Notes: a model not told the origin generated them from the letters alone. 64,000 nucleotides of DNA from Alphaproteobacteria bacterium (GCA_009993885.1 JAACSN010000004.1:59106-123105), one strand, 5' to 3'. Positions 9,735 through 18,769 are shown, counted from the first letter of the stretch. Numbers and translations: made by a program.

Positions 9735-10424
9735 TTATTTTTTTAGCCTAAAGCCTAATCGAGGTTTTATTTCATCTTTCCACCCCAAATTACTAAGGTG
9801 CCTCTCAATATTTTCTGATGAGCTTTCAGAAGCATCTAAAATGTTTAATGTTACTAGATAAGATAAAAAAGCTGATGCCGCCTTTTTTTTCGTGTTTAAG
9901 TTTTCGTCTTTAGTTTTACTGCTTGCTATGAAAGCATCGAGATTTTCCTTTAATATTACCTCAATATTTTTTGTTCTTTTTTTGTTTTGAAAGACCCTAA
10001 TGCCTGTAAGTTTCGAGGAGCCTATTATTCCCGAAGAGTGAACAAAATCTATTTCATCATGCTCAATCATTCTTTGAATATTTTCAGGGGCTATTCGTTC
10101 CCTAGTACGAATAGCTACATCTGCTTCCATTTCCAGTGTCCCATTCATAAATTTTTCAGCAAACTTTTTTTGAATTGAAAGCAATCTAAGATTATATAAC
10201 GCCTCCATGGGATGTTCAGCCGGATTAATTTTGCGATAATTAAAGTTTCTTTTAGCTATATCTTTGAATCTTGGGATTTGTCTATAGGTAGATTTTAAAT
10301 TTTTTATTTCCTCAGGGTGTGAGAAATACTCAAAAGCTTGATATAGAGGTAAGCGTTGTTTTAACGCGAATATCTCATAGTCTTGTCGGCTAATTAAATG
10401 TGACCAGTCTCCTGACATTATCAT
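9735..10424 (-). CDS. Hypothetical protein (AT-rich orphan between integrase and alpA)
   Basis: 229-aa ORF starting 5 nt after the integrase stop. No recognisable motifs. Confidence 0.5.
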   Translation of the reverse strand: MIMSGDWSHLISRQDYEIFALKQRLPLYQAFEYFSHPEEIKNLKSTYRQIPRFKDIAKRNFNYRKINPAEHPMEALYNLRLLSIQKKFAEKFMNGTLEMEADVAIRTRERIAPENIQRMIEHDEIDFVHSSGIIGSSKLTGIRVFQNKKRTKNIEVILKENLDAFIASSKTKDENLNTKKKAASAFLSYLVTLNILDASESSSENIERHLSNLGWKDEIKPRLGFRLKK

Positions 10425-10428
10425 TTCC

Positions 10429-11643
10429 TTACGCTGTTTTTTGAAAATTAACTAATGTAACGTTGTCTTCTCTTGAAAGAGAGGCTAGGTAATCAGCCCA
10501 CCATTGCATCATGGCTCGCCTTTCAGTAAGGCGCTGTGCGTGGTTATAAGAGGCTCTGACTTTATTGCGTTCGGCATGGGCCAATTGCAGCTCAATAACA
10601 TCTGAGTGAAAACTATGTTCATTAAGAATCGTAGAGGCCGTTGCACGAAAACCATGGGGCGTTGCTCGGCTGTGGTAACCCATACGGTATATGGCATATA
10701 AAATTGTATTTTCGCTTATGCATGTCATCGGCTTATTACGATTGGGAAAAATGTGCTCTCTGTGCCCGCTAATGGGTTCAAGCTCTTTTAAAATTGAAAT
10801 GGCTTGTGTGGAAAGAGGGACAATATGGGGCGTACGCATCTTCATTCTTTCAGCAGGAATGCGCCACTCGTTTTTCTCAAGGTCAATTTCTTCCCACTTA
10901 GCTCCACGTAATTCACCGGTACGCACAAACGTTAAGAGGAGAAGCTTAAAGGCGAGTTTTGTTTGCAGCTCCCCGTCATAATTTTCTAACTTTGAAAGAA
11001 AATCAGGCAATTCTCTTGCTTCTAAATAGGAATAATTTTCTTTTTTACGTGTTTTTAAAGCGCCCTTTAAATCACTTGAAATGTCTCTTTCGGCTCGTCC
11101 TGTGGCAATAGCATAACGAAATACTTGCCCCGTTGTTTGTAAGGCACGCTTAGCTATATCAACAGCCCCACGGCTCTCAATCTTTTTTAAGGCTGCCAGT
11201 AGTTCAGGAGCTGTAATATCTTGAACGGCTTTAAAGCCAAGAATAGGGAAAATATCTGCTTCAAGCCTCCTGAGGACATACGTTGCATGGCGTTCTGTCC
11301 AAGCCGATTTACGATCGGTATGCCATTCTCTGGCAATAATCTCAAAGGAGTTGTTTGAACTAATGTATTGAGTAAGCTTTTTTTGCTTTTTTAATTGGGA
11401 TGGATCTTGCCCGTCTGCAAGGGTCTTGCGGGCTTCGTCACGTTTTTCACGGGCTTCTTTAAGAGAGACTTCAGGATAAACACCAAAAGCAAGACGCTTC
11501 TCTTTTCCGCTATAGCGATATTTCAAACGCCAGTACTTGCTTCCGTTAGGCATAACCTCAAGATAAAGACCGGCTCCATCAGAGAGCTTTCTTGACTTCG
11601 CTTCAGGCTTCGCGGTTTTACAGACTATATCGGTTAAAGACAT
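10429..11643 (-). CDS. Tyrosine integrase, P4/CP4-57 type with an N-terminal DUF4102-like arm-binding domain
   Basis: N-terminus: KLSDGAGLYLEV.PNGSKYWRLKYRY.GKEKRLAFGVYPEVSLKEAREKRDEAR. Catalytic region: HGFRATAST...LAHAERNKVRASYNH. It lies adjacent to a tRNA. Confidence 0.9.
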   Translation of the reverse strand: MSLTDIVCKTAKPEAKSRKLSDGAGLYLEVMPNGSKYWRLKYRYSGKEKRLAFGVYPEVSLKEAREKRDEARKTLADGQDPSQLKKQKKLTQYISSNNSFEIIAREWHTDRKSAWTERHATYVLRRLEADIFPILGFKAVQDITAPELLAALKKIESRGAVDIAKRALQTTGQVFRYAIATGRAERDISSDLKGALKTRKKENYSYLEARELPDFLSKLENYDGELQTKLAFKLLLLTFVRTGELRGAKWEEIDLEKNEWRIPAERMKMRTPHIVPLSTQAISILKELEPISGHREHIFPNRNKPMTCISENTILYAIYRMGYHSRATPHGFRATASTILNEHSFHSDVIELQLAHAERNKVRASYNHAQRLTERRAMMQWWADYLASLSREDNVTLVNFQKTA

Positions 11644-11806
11644 TTGGGGGCATTTCCATTAGGGGCTCTATTGATGCCCCCATTTGTGCCCCAATATGCC
11701 CCCGGCTGTTATTAATTTTAACGGGACGTTATTGGACTAATAATATCAGAAAGGTAAGCATTGTCTAGGGATTTTGGACTTTATGAGACTTCTTTAAAAC
11801 CCAGGA

Positions 11807-11896
11807 TGGCGGATGGGGTGGGATTCGAACCCACGAAGAGCTTTCACCCTTGCCGGTTTTCAAGACCGGTGCCTTCAACCGCTCGGCCACCCATCC
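11807..11896 (-). tRNA. tRNA-Ser(UGA)
   Basis: The reverse complement folds as a 90-nt class II tRNA. The acceptor stem is GGATGGG/CCCATCC followed by G-CCA. The anticodon stem is CCGGT/ACCGG with loop CTTGAAA. It has a long variable arm and T-loop GGTTCGAATCC. Confidence 0.9.
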
Positions 11897-11920
11897 GGAA
11901 CATCCTGGTTTTAAAAGTAA

Positions 11921-11998
11921 TGGGGCGAGTGATGGGAATTGAACCCACGGCCTCCAGTGCCACAAACTGGCGCTCTAACCGACTGAGCTACACCCGCC
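11921..11998 (-). tRNA. tRNA-His(GUG) with an encoded G-1
   Basis: Reverse complement: G-GCGGGTG...CCAGT-TTGTGGC-ACTGG...GTGGGTTCAATTCCCAT-CACTCGC-C-CCA. Confidence 0.9.
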
Positions 11999-12107
11999 AT
12001 ATCCAAAGCGCATTTTTAACGCACACTTAAAGATATTATTTGTTTGTAACGCTCTTAACGCTAATCGTCAAGTAAGAAAGCGGCTTTAAGACTAGAAAAA
12101 AGCTTGC

Positions 12108-12136
12108 AAAAAACCGACCCTGATAAACAGAGCCGG
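12108..12136 (-). terminator. Rho-independent terminator-like hairpin (9-bp stem with G-U pairs, then T6 on the minus strand)
   Basis: Minus strand: CCGGCTCTG-TTTAT-CAGGGTCGG-TTTTTT. It lies about 700 nt downstream of the clpP stop and upstream of tRNA-His. Confidence 0.55.
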
Positions 12137-12828
12137 TTTCCCAACCCGGCAGTACCGTAAAGGTAAGGCCTTAACTAGTGTCCCCTCAAACGCTTGTGCT
12201 AAGGCGGCCGGGTTGTTTCTTTATGCATATCGCACTTCATATTGTCCCCGAACTTCAATCCGAGCCTAAACTATAAGATAGTTTCCGGCCCTTCTTTTAG
12301 ATCGATCTGCAATATAAAGCACCCTAGAGTGTATGACACTTTATGCAAAACACGTGAAACATCAAAAGCTTTTCAAAACAAGCATGAAAAATCCTCAAAC
12401 AGAATACGATTAGATTCGGTAAGAGCTACGTCATGCTATTTTAAAGAGGTACGAGAAAGAGAAATCGACACACGTTTAGAAAGTCCCTAGGATATTCCAT
12501 AGAACTTTTAAATTACTGATTTTTTTTCAAACTCATAGCCCTAGAAAAAGTCTTCTAAAACATTTCTATTATATATATCGACATTCTTTCTCATATGTCA
12601 AACTTTTTTTAAAAAATAATTAAAAAAGAAGGCAAAAATTATTATAAAAAGGATTCTACGCCCCTATTTTCTCAATATCTTGTAGCTTGGCGGAGGCCTG
12701 TTTTTTGAAGCGATTGTACAAAGAAGTCGGTGTGGAAGAATCAGCAGAGCTGATTGTACATAGAAAAAGACAACAAGCATCAAGCCCGTTGCCTTTAAAG
12801 CATTATATAGAGAGCAGCCCGCTACACC

Positions 12829-13461
12829 TTAAGCAGCAGCCGCCGGTGTTGGGGCTTGTGTAATGACTTCATCCACAATACCGAACTTTTTAGCTTCTTC
12901 GGCGTTTAAGAAATTATCGCGTTCCATGGCATCCTCAAGCTCCTTAACGGTTTTACCCGTATGGAACGCATAAACCTCTTGCAACTTCTTTTTAAGAGTA
13001 ATAATTTCGCGGGCATGGATTTCAATATCCGTTGCCTGACCCCGAAAACCGCCAAGGGGCTGATGAATCATTACCCGAGAATTAGGTAAACAATAACGCT
13101 TTCCTTTTTTACCGGCCAACAATAAGGTGGCGCCCATAGAAGCGGCTTGGCCAATACAAAGTGTTGCCACGTCAGGGCGAATATATTGCATCGTGTCATA
13201 CATAGCAAAGCCGGAAGACACAACACCCCCCGGAGAATTGATATACATGTAAATGTCTTTTGAAGGGCTTTCCGATTCAAGGAACAAGAGTTGCGCACAG
13301 ACAAGAGTTGACATCGCATCGTTAACCTCACCCGTCACGAAAATAATTCTTTCTTTCAACAAACGTGAGAAAATGTCATATGACCGTTCGCCTCTGGGGG
13401 TTTGCTCCACAACCATGGGAACGAGTGTATTTTGGAAAACGTCTAATGAATCTCTTGACAT
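12829..13461 (-). CDS. clpP: ATP-dependent Clp protease proteolytic subunit
   Basis: [25 protein letters not shown]; GQAASMG; MIHQPLGG. Confidence 0.95.
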   Translation of the reverse strand: MSRDSLDVFQNTLVPMVVEQTPRGERSYDIFSRLLKERIIFVTGEVNDAMSTLVCAQLLFLESESPSKDIYMYINSPGGVVSSGFAMYDTMQYIRPDVATLCIGQAASMGATLLLAGKKGKRYCLPNSRVMIHQPLGGFRGQATDIEIHAREIITLKKKLQEVYAFHTGKTVKELEDAMERDNFLNAEEAKKFGIVDEVITQAPTPAAAA

Positions 13462-13600
13462 CTAAGGCTCCTGTATAATTTTTATAAGCTGACTTTATAG
13501 TACCCTACTCTGCAAAGCTCACCAAAAGGTTTTTAATGTTATTCATAAAAAAAAGAGCGCTCAAAGCGCCCTTCAGCTTTACTATTTCGGTTTTTAAAGC

Positions 13601-14950
13601 TTAAATTTCTGCTTCGGTAACGGCCTTGACAGCTTTTTCCAAAACCTCTTGAGAGACTTTCTTCTCTTTCATATCGGCTTTTGATAAAATCAAAGCGATG
13701 ACTTTATCTTCAAAAATTGGCGCCCGTAAAGATTGTTGAGCCTCTTTATTCTTTTGGAAGTATTCCATAACTTTTTGCTCTTCACCGGGATAGCGGCGGG
13801 CTTGGTCAATAATGGCTTGTTGCAGTTCTTTGTTGGTGACTTCAACGTTATTTTTATTACCGATATCGGCCAAAATTAAACCGAGACGCACACGACGTTC
13901 TGCAATTTTATGCATTTTCTTTTCTTCGTCTGTCTCTTTTTTAGATTTCTTCGGGGCTTTTTTATCCCCTTCATCGCCAAGATCTTCAGAAGACCTTTCA
14001 GGGAGTGTAATTTGACGCACCTCATTTTCGACAAGACTCTTGGGAAGATCGATTTTCTCGCTATCAAGAGCATCTAAAACGTCTTTCTTAGCAACTAAAA
14101 ACGACATACGCTCATTTTCGGCAACCAATTGAGCTTTAATGGCATCTTCGAGTTCTTTCAAGGTTTTAAAACCCATCTTCTCACAAAAAGCATCATCAAT
14201 TTTTGGCACAATAGATGTATGGATATCTTGTAAAGTACAATCAAATGTTGCGTCTTTCCCCGCAAGATCAGCTGCAGAATAGTCTTCCGGGAAAGGCACT
14301 TCAATTTTCTTGTTTTGTCCTTTTTTCATCCCTTCAATTTGTTCTTCAAAACCGGGAATAAAATAGCCGGAACCAAGCTCAAGACTCACTCCCTTACCGG
14401 AACCGCCGGAAATAGGGCCGTCTTTTGTACGTCCTTCAAAATCAATAAAAACCGTATCTCCCTTTTGGGCAGCACGCTCTTTTTTAAGAGGTTCTGTGGT
14501 CTTATTTGTGGCGGCAATGCGATCAAGGGAATCCTTAACCATTTTTTGCTCGACATCACTGGTTAGTTTTTCGAGTTTCACTTTTTTCTTAAGATCAATC
14601 TCTTGAATTTCAGGAAGCACTTCAAATTCATAGGTGCATTCAAGGGCTTTATTCACATCATAAGAATCAACAGTAATTTGAGGTTGACCTGCCGGACGCA
14701 ATTTTTTTTCAACCAATAATTTGCGATAGGACTCATCAATCAGCGCGCGAATAACTTCAGGGCGAACATTACTTTCATAACGTTGCTGCAAAATTTGAAG
14801 GGGAGCTTTACCCGGACGAAACCCGGGAATTTTAGCTCCCTTACCGGCTTCAAGAATACGGCTTTTTACACGCATTTCAATGGCTTCGGGAGCCACGGAC
14901 ACTTGGTACGTATGTTTTAAACCGTCTACTGTATCTTTTTTGATTTCCAT
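13601..14950 (-). CDS. tig: Trigger factor
   Basis: GFRPGKAP motif and an FKBP-like middle domain. It sits directly upstream of clpP. Confidence 0.95.
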   Translation of the reverse strand: MEIKKDTVDGLKHTYQVSVAPEAIEMRVKSRILEAGKGAKIPGFRPGKAPLQILQQRYESNVRPEVIRALIDESYRKLLVEKKLRPAGQPQITVDSYDVNKALECTYEFEVLPEIQEIDLKKKVKLEKLTSDVEQKMVKDSLDRIAATNKTTEPLKKERAAQKGDTVFIDFEGRTKDGPISGGSGKGVSLELGSGYFIPGFEEQIEGMKKGQNKKIEVPFPEDYSAADLAGKDATFDCTLQDIHTSIVPKIDDAFCEKMGFKTLKELEDAIKAQLVAENERMSFLVAKKDVLDALDSEKIDLPKSLVENEVRQITLPERSSEDLGDEGDKKAPKKSKKETDEEKKMHKIAERRVRLGLILADIGNKNNVEVTNKELQQAIIDQARRYPGEEQKVMEYFQKNKEAQQSLRAPIFEDKVIALILSKADMKEKKVSQEVLEKAVKAVTEAEI

Positions 14951-15000
14951 GGGGAAGTCTCACTTTTATTGTCTGCTGATTAATATCTTTTATCAAATTA

Positions 15001-15085
15001 TGGTGCGGGCGGAGGGACTTGAACCCCCACGACGCAAGTCACTAGAACCTAAATCTAGCGTGTCTACCAATTTCACCACGCCCGC
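15001..15085 (-). tRNA. tRNA-Leu(UAG)
   Basis: Reverse complement: GCGGGCG...CTAGA-TTTAGGT-TCTAG, a long variable arm, then GGGGGTTCAAGTCCCTC-CGCCCGC-A-CCA. Confidence 0.9.
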
Positions 15086-15171
15086 AGAAACTTTACGCTA
15101 CAATGATAGCTTTTCCTTTTAATAGCTCTTTTTTTATCCGAAGGCAATGGGTTAAAGCGTTTTTTTTATCA

Positions 15172-15381
15172 TTATTCGTCCTTTAAGGGAATAATTTCAC
15201 CTGCTTCTTGCTTTTCGTGCTCTTCATCCCCGACAATCACGTATTTTCCCGTAAACCAATTACCAAGATCAATGTCTTTACACCGCTTTGAACAAAAAGG
15301 ACGATACGCTCGAATGGCTTTTTTCTTACATAAGGCACATTTTTGGGGTAATTCTTTTTTACTCGCCTCCGTATCAATCAT
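15172..15381 (-). CDS. yacG: DNA gyrase inhibitor YacG (zinc finger)
   Basis: CALCKK...RPFCSKRCKDIDLGNW. Confidence 0.85.
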   Translation of the reverse strand: MIDTEASKKELPQKCALCKKKAIRAYRPFCSKRCKDIDLGNWFTGKYVIVGDEEHEKQEAGEIIPLKDE

Positions 15382-15384
15382 TTT

Positions 15385-16518
15385 CTAGCTCCCCCCCTCA
15401 AAAATTTGTTTTAAAGACATTTCATCTTTTCGTTTTGTCATTTCCAACAAGCCTGATTTGGTCATCCCCAAGACCTGAAGGGTTGAATCCTCATAGGATT
15501 TTGCCATTTTCAGCAAGGCCTTTTGATGCTTCAAATTAGAGAGCCTTGGCAAATCGATAAGCACAATACCGCCGATCTTTCGCAAATAAAGATGTCGGAC
15601 GGACTCGTTTAAAGCCGATTGTGCAAACTCAAAACGCTCATTATCGGAGGTCAATTTCACACCGCGTGTTAACCGTATATCTCCCGGAGCCGTCGTATTT
15701 ACATCAATAGCCGTTAAGGTATGACCTTCTTCAATAATAAGATATCCGCCGCCCTTTAAAGGCACTTGCTCTTCAAGCAGAGAATTTAACCTTTCCGTAA
15801 AAAGCGTTTTCCACGACGGTTTTAAAGAAAATTCAAGACGTGATTCGGAAACATTTTTTTGTTTTAGAAAAATAACAAGATCGGCATTATCTGTGAAAAT
15901 AAGCTCTTTTTTATGTTCTAAAACATAAGATACCCAAGGCGTTTCTCCTTGGTAAATGACTTGCCCTACCTTTTCTGCAGCTTGATAATTCTCTTGAATT
16001 TCCTGCCATTGCAAGCGCACATTGTGTAGGTCTTGTGTAATATCCGCTACGTCTTTTCCATAGGAAAGACCTTTTAAAACAATTCCTTCTTCACTTTCTG
16101 CAATGGCGTTTAACGATTCAAGCGTAGAACTCCGCCAATCTTTATCTCGAATTTGAGAAGAAAAATAAATGCCTTTTTTACCCGGCGTGTAATAAAGAAA
16201 ATCCCCGGGAACAGAAATCGCATCGGATACTTCCGCATTTTTAATAAGATATTTTTCAACGAGAGGCGGACGCTTAAGCTGAACGAGAACCCGCTGTCCC
16301 GTTTGATAATTTTGTCGAGGTCGTTGTAAAAGAGCCGGTTTTTGAAGGCCGATATGCACCCAGAAGGAAGGGCCGTCCTTTGCCGTTACACGCCCTACAT
16401 AAATCGTTCCGACCAAAGGCGCTCCCGTCTCTATGAGCACATCTAGGGTTTCCCCCTCTTCTATATGAAGGCACGCAAGTCCTTGATCCGTCTTTGTGAT
16501 ATAAATACCGTTTTCCAC
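15385..16518 (-). CDS. RNase E/G-family ribonuclease (short Rng-like form)
   Basis: S1-like VGTIYVGRVTA...VHIGL; GGIVLIDLPRL; GLLEMTKRK. It lies between infA and yacG, as in other alphaproteobacteria. Confidence 0.7.
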   Translation of the reverse strand: MENGIYITKTDQGLACLHIEEGETLDVLIETGAPLVGTIYVGRVTAKDGPSFWVHIGLQKPALLQRPRQNYQTGQRVLVQLKRPPLVEKYLIKNAEVSDAISVPGDFLYYTPGKKGIYFSSQIRDKDWRSSTLESLNAIAESEEGIVLKGLSYGKDVADITQDLHNVRLQWQEIQENYQAAEKVGQVIYQGETPWVSYVLEHKKELIFTDNADLVIFLKQKNVSESRLEFSLKPSWKTLFTERLNSLLEEQVPLKGGGYLIIEEGHTLTAIDVNTTAPGDIRLTRGVKLTSDNERFEFAQSALNESVRHLYLRKIGGIVLIDLPRLSNLKHQKALLKMAKSYEDSTLQVLGMTKSGLLEMTKRKDEMSLKQIFEGGS

Positions 16519-16545
16519 GACTGATTTTACTTTACGTTTATCGGG

Positions 16546-16764
16546 CTATTTTTCACGGAAAGTAATGCGACCCTTTGTCAAATCATAAGGTGTCATTTCA
16601 ACGGTCACCGTATCTCCTTGCAAAACACGGATACGGTTCTTGCGCATACGACCCGAAACTTGTGCCAAAATTACATGGCCGTTTTCAAGTTCGACTCGAA
16701 ACATCGCATTGGGTAAAATTTCAGCCACTTTACCTTGGAATTCAATTAAATCTTCTTTTGCCAT
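16546..16764 (-). CDS. infA: Translation initiation factor IF-1
   Basis: [28 protein letters not shown]...[27 protein letters not shown]. Confidence 0.95.
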   Translation of the reverse strand: MAKEDLIEFQGKVAEILPNAMFRVELENGHVILAQVSGRMRKNRIRVLQGDTVTVEMTPYDLTKGRITFREK

Positions 16765-16944
16765 TTTCTCTTTTACAATTATTTATATGAAATTACCTAG
16801 TGAAGGCCGTTGCAAAAAGCTGCTTTTTTAAAAAGATTTTTACAACGGTTTCTATAGTGACATATATAAACGAATTTTATATAATAACCAAGGAGAAAGA
16901 TTTTCCAAATACCCCTTCACTCTTATCGCCACCGCAGGATTCAA

Positions 16945-17745
16945 ATGGATTTAGAACTTTTCTTTCTTAGTATTAAAGACTTTATCCAAACGTCTCCCAT
17001 GGATTTGATCGCCCTTGGCTGGTTCCTTTTTTGCTGGATCGGTTACAGCCTTATTGTGGATAATTACGTTCACAGCTCTCGGGGTTTGAGCGCCCGCATG
17101 TACCTTTACCGCATCCAATGGATGACAAATGTCCTCTCGCGGGAAAACCGTGTTGTGGATGTCAATATTGTCAGCAGCCTTCACCAAAGCATCGCTTTTT
17201 TTGCTTCTACGTCTATCTTGATTATTGCCGGTATCCTTGCCATCGTCGGTGCTTCTGATGCGGCTCTTGATGTCATTCGCGAACTGCCCTGTGCAACACA
17301 ACCGACTATCGCTATTTGGTACACAAAATTGGCTTTAATGGTTATTGTTTTTGTCTATGCCTATTTCAAATATACATGGGCTCTGAGACAATTAAATTAT
17401 GCAAACATCCTCATTGGTGCTATGCCGCAACCTAAAGAAAATATGGATGACTATATCCCCGCAAGCCGACGTGCTGCCATGGTTTTAACGATGTCGGCGA
17501 AACATATGAACAGGGGTCTGCGCACTTATTATTTTGCCCTCGGCGGCATTGCTTGGCTTCTCAATCCTTGGTTTTTTATGATTGCCACCGGCTGTATTGT
17601 TTGGATTATTTACCGTCGCGAGTTCAAATCAGATATTGTGACGGTTCTCAATATGCCGAGCGAAGAAAAAATCCTTCTGTCCGAAGCGCAATTCCAATCG
17701 GATCTCAAATCCGAAAAAAAAGCCCCTGACCGGAGCGGCGAATAA
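16945..17745 (+). CDS. DUF599-family integral membrane protein
   Basis: Multi-TM protein. The motif YFKYTWALRQLNY..ILIGAMP is recalled from DUF599. Confidence 0.6.
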   Translation: MDLELFFLSIKDFIQTSPMDLIALGWFLFCWIGYSLIVDNYVHSSRGLSARMYLYRIQWMTNVLSRENRVVDVNIVSSLHQSIAFFASTSILIIAGILAIVGASDAALDVIRELPCATQPTIAIWYTKLALMVIVFVYAYFKYTWALRQLNYANILIGAMPQPKENMDDYIPASRRAAMVLTMSAKHMNRGLRTYYFALGGIAWLLNPWFFMIATGCIVWIIYRREFKSDIVTVLNMPSEEKILLSEAQFQSDLKSEKKAPDRSGE

Positions 17746-18073
17746 CTAACCTAAAAAAATAAGTAAAAAACAGCTCTATAAAGAATTAATCTATTATTAA
17801 CACAATTGTGATAAATTTAATATATAGTCGGTTCAAAATGTTTCGGTCTAAGCGCCATAGACAAAGCCTGAGAGCGTTTTGAACCGATTATAGAAGCCTC
17901 CAAAAAGGCTAAGCTCGGCGGTTTTGGATGAGAAAAAAGTGAAGAGAAGTCGTGGAAACGTAAGCATACATTTGGTGTGTGCCTCCCGCGAAAGTCAAGA
18001 ATTTTCTTTTTTATCGCCGAAAGAGTTTTTTGCAGGGGCTTCTATATAATAATAAAAGTGGGATTTATTCTAT

Positions 18074-18769
18074 ATGTTAAGCTATGTTGTTATGATTCCT
18101 GCTATTACTATCCTCCTTCTTATCATCGGGGGTATCGCAGCTCTTTTTATCAAACCTGTTGAATTCAAAGATTCACGAACTTCTGTTTTTATTTCAATTA
18201 TGGGTAGCATTGCCGTTGTTGTACTGTCCTTTAACGTGATTCTGAACACCTTAGGACTTGAGTCACAAAATTCCATCAATAGAGCTAAATTCACCAAGGA
18301 AGCCATTGATAAATTATGGCTTTTTCCCAACCAACTTTTAAAAGAAGCCGAGCATGCCCGCCCCGAATTCATTGCAAGCCTGTATTACAACAATGCGACT
18401 TTTTATAAGTTAACAAATGGAAAAACAACGCCCTCAACCCTGCGCTCCGAGGCAGAAGAGCAATACATCACCATTGTCTTGATTCAATCTTGGGAAGATT
18501 ATTTAACCCTCCGAAATCTAGATCATACGGGTGAAATTGTTTGGCTTCATAATTTTATACAATGGGCTCAGAGCCCCTATTTAAAAAAGAAATACGATGC
18601 CATAAAATATAATTTCTCCCAAAGCACCATAGATTTCGGGGACCTCTTATTTGAATATGCCGCCCGTATCCCGGTTCCTTCAGAAAATCCTACCGTCTAT
18701 AAAGAAACCGTTGAGAAACTGCTCAAAGATACCCGTTTGCAACAGATTTTTAAAACCACGGGACATTAA
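18074..18769 (+). CDS. Hypothetical membrane-anchored protein
   Basis: Two N-terminal hydrophobic helices. No recognisable family motif. Confidence 0.5.
   Translation: MLSYVVMIPAITILLLIIGGIAALFIKPVEFKDSRTSVFISIMGSIAVVVLSFNVILNTLGLESQNSINRAKFTKEAIDKLWLFPNQLLKEAEHARPEFIASLYYNNATFYKLTNGKTTPSTLRSEAEEQYITIVLIQSWEDYLTLRNLDHTGEIVWLHNFIQWAQSPYLKKKYDAIKYNFSQSTIDFGDLLFEYAARIPVPSENPTVYKETVEKLLKDTRLQQIFKTTGH

Larger units (their letters stand above)
1..11896. mobile_element. Integrative island inserted at the 3' end of tRNA-Ser(UGA). Contains P4-type integrase, AlpA, Toprim primase, DUF927 helicase and cargo genes. The distal (left) end is not in the window.
   Basis: The integrase gene lies next to and faces the 3' end of the tRNA. 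It is followed by an AlpA/primase/helicase replication module. I found no second copy of the tRNA 3' segment in 1-11.8 kb. Confidence 0.7.

Noticed and set aside
11761-12030. ORFs 11761-12030 (+) and 11765-11965 (-)
   Set aside because: They overlap two well-folding tRNA genes (Ser, His) and are spurious.
12105-12232. Possible SRP (4.5S) RNA or tmRNA piece. The minus strand has CTCTGTTTATCAGGGTCGG, resembling E. coli 4.5S CUCUGUUUACCAGGUCAGG.
   Set aside because: There is no GGAA tetraloop or AGCAGCC/GGCAG symmetric-loop motifs, no T-arm or ..UCCACCA end, and no tag reading frame ending in AA-stop. The similar stretch is better explained as a terminator hairpin plus T-run.
12470-12510. GAAAGTCC...TCCATAG resembling the RNase P RNA CR-I region (GGAAAGUCCGGGCUCCAUAG)
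   Set aside because: The surrounding sequence is AT-rich. It lacks the GGGC, the P4 partner (ACAGAA.CCGGCUUA in proper context) and every other conserved region.
12686-12700. TGGCGGAGG resembling the first bases of the tRNA-Ser 3' end (TGGCGGATGG), considered as a possible old att remnant or tRNA-like CCA end
   Set aside because: Only 7 nt match, and there is no adjacent T-arm-like sequence.
17860-17890. TPP riboswitch (THI-box) because of CCTGAGA...GAACCGAT
   Set aside because: The GGGGUGC P2/P3 part and the CUGG.UAAU.CCAGCG pyrophosphate-sensing helix are absent. The downstream gene is not obviously thiamine-related.
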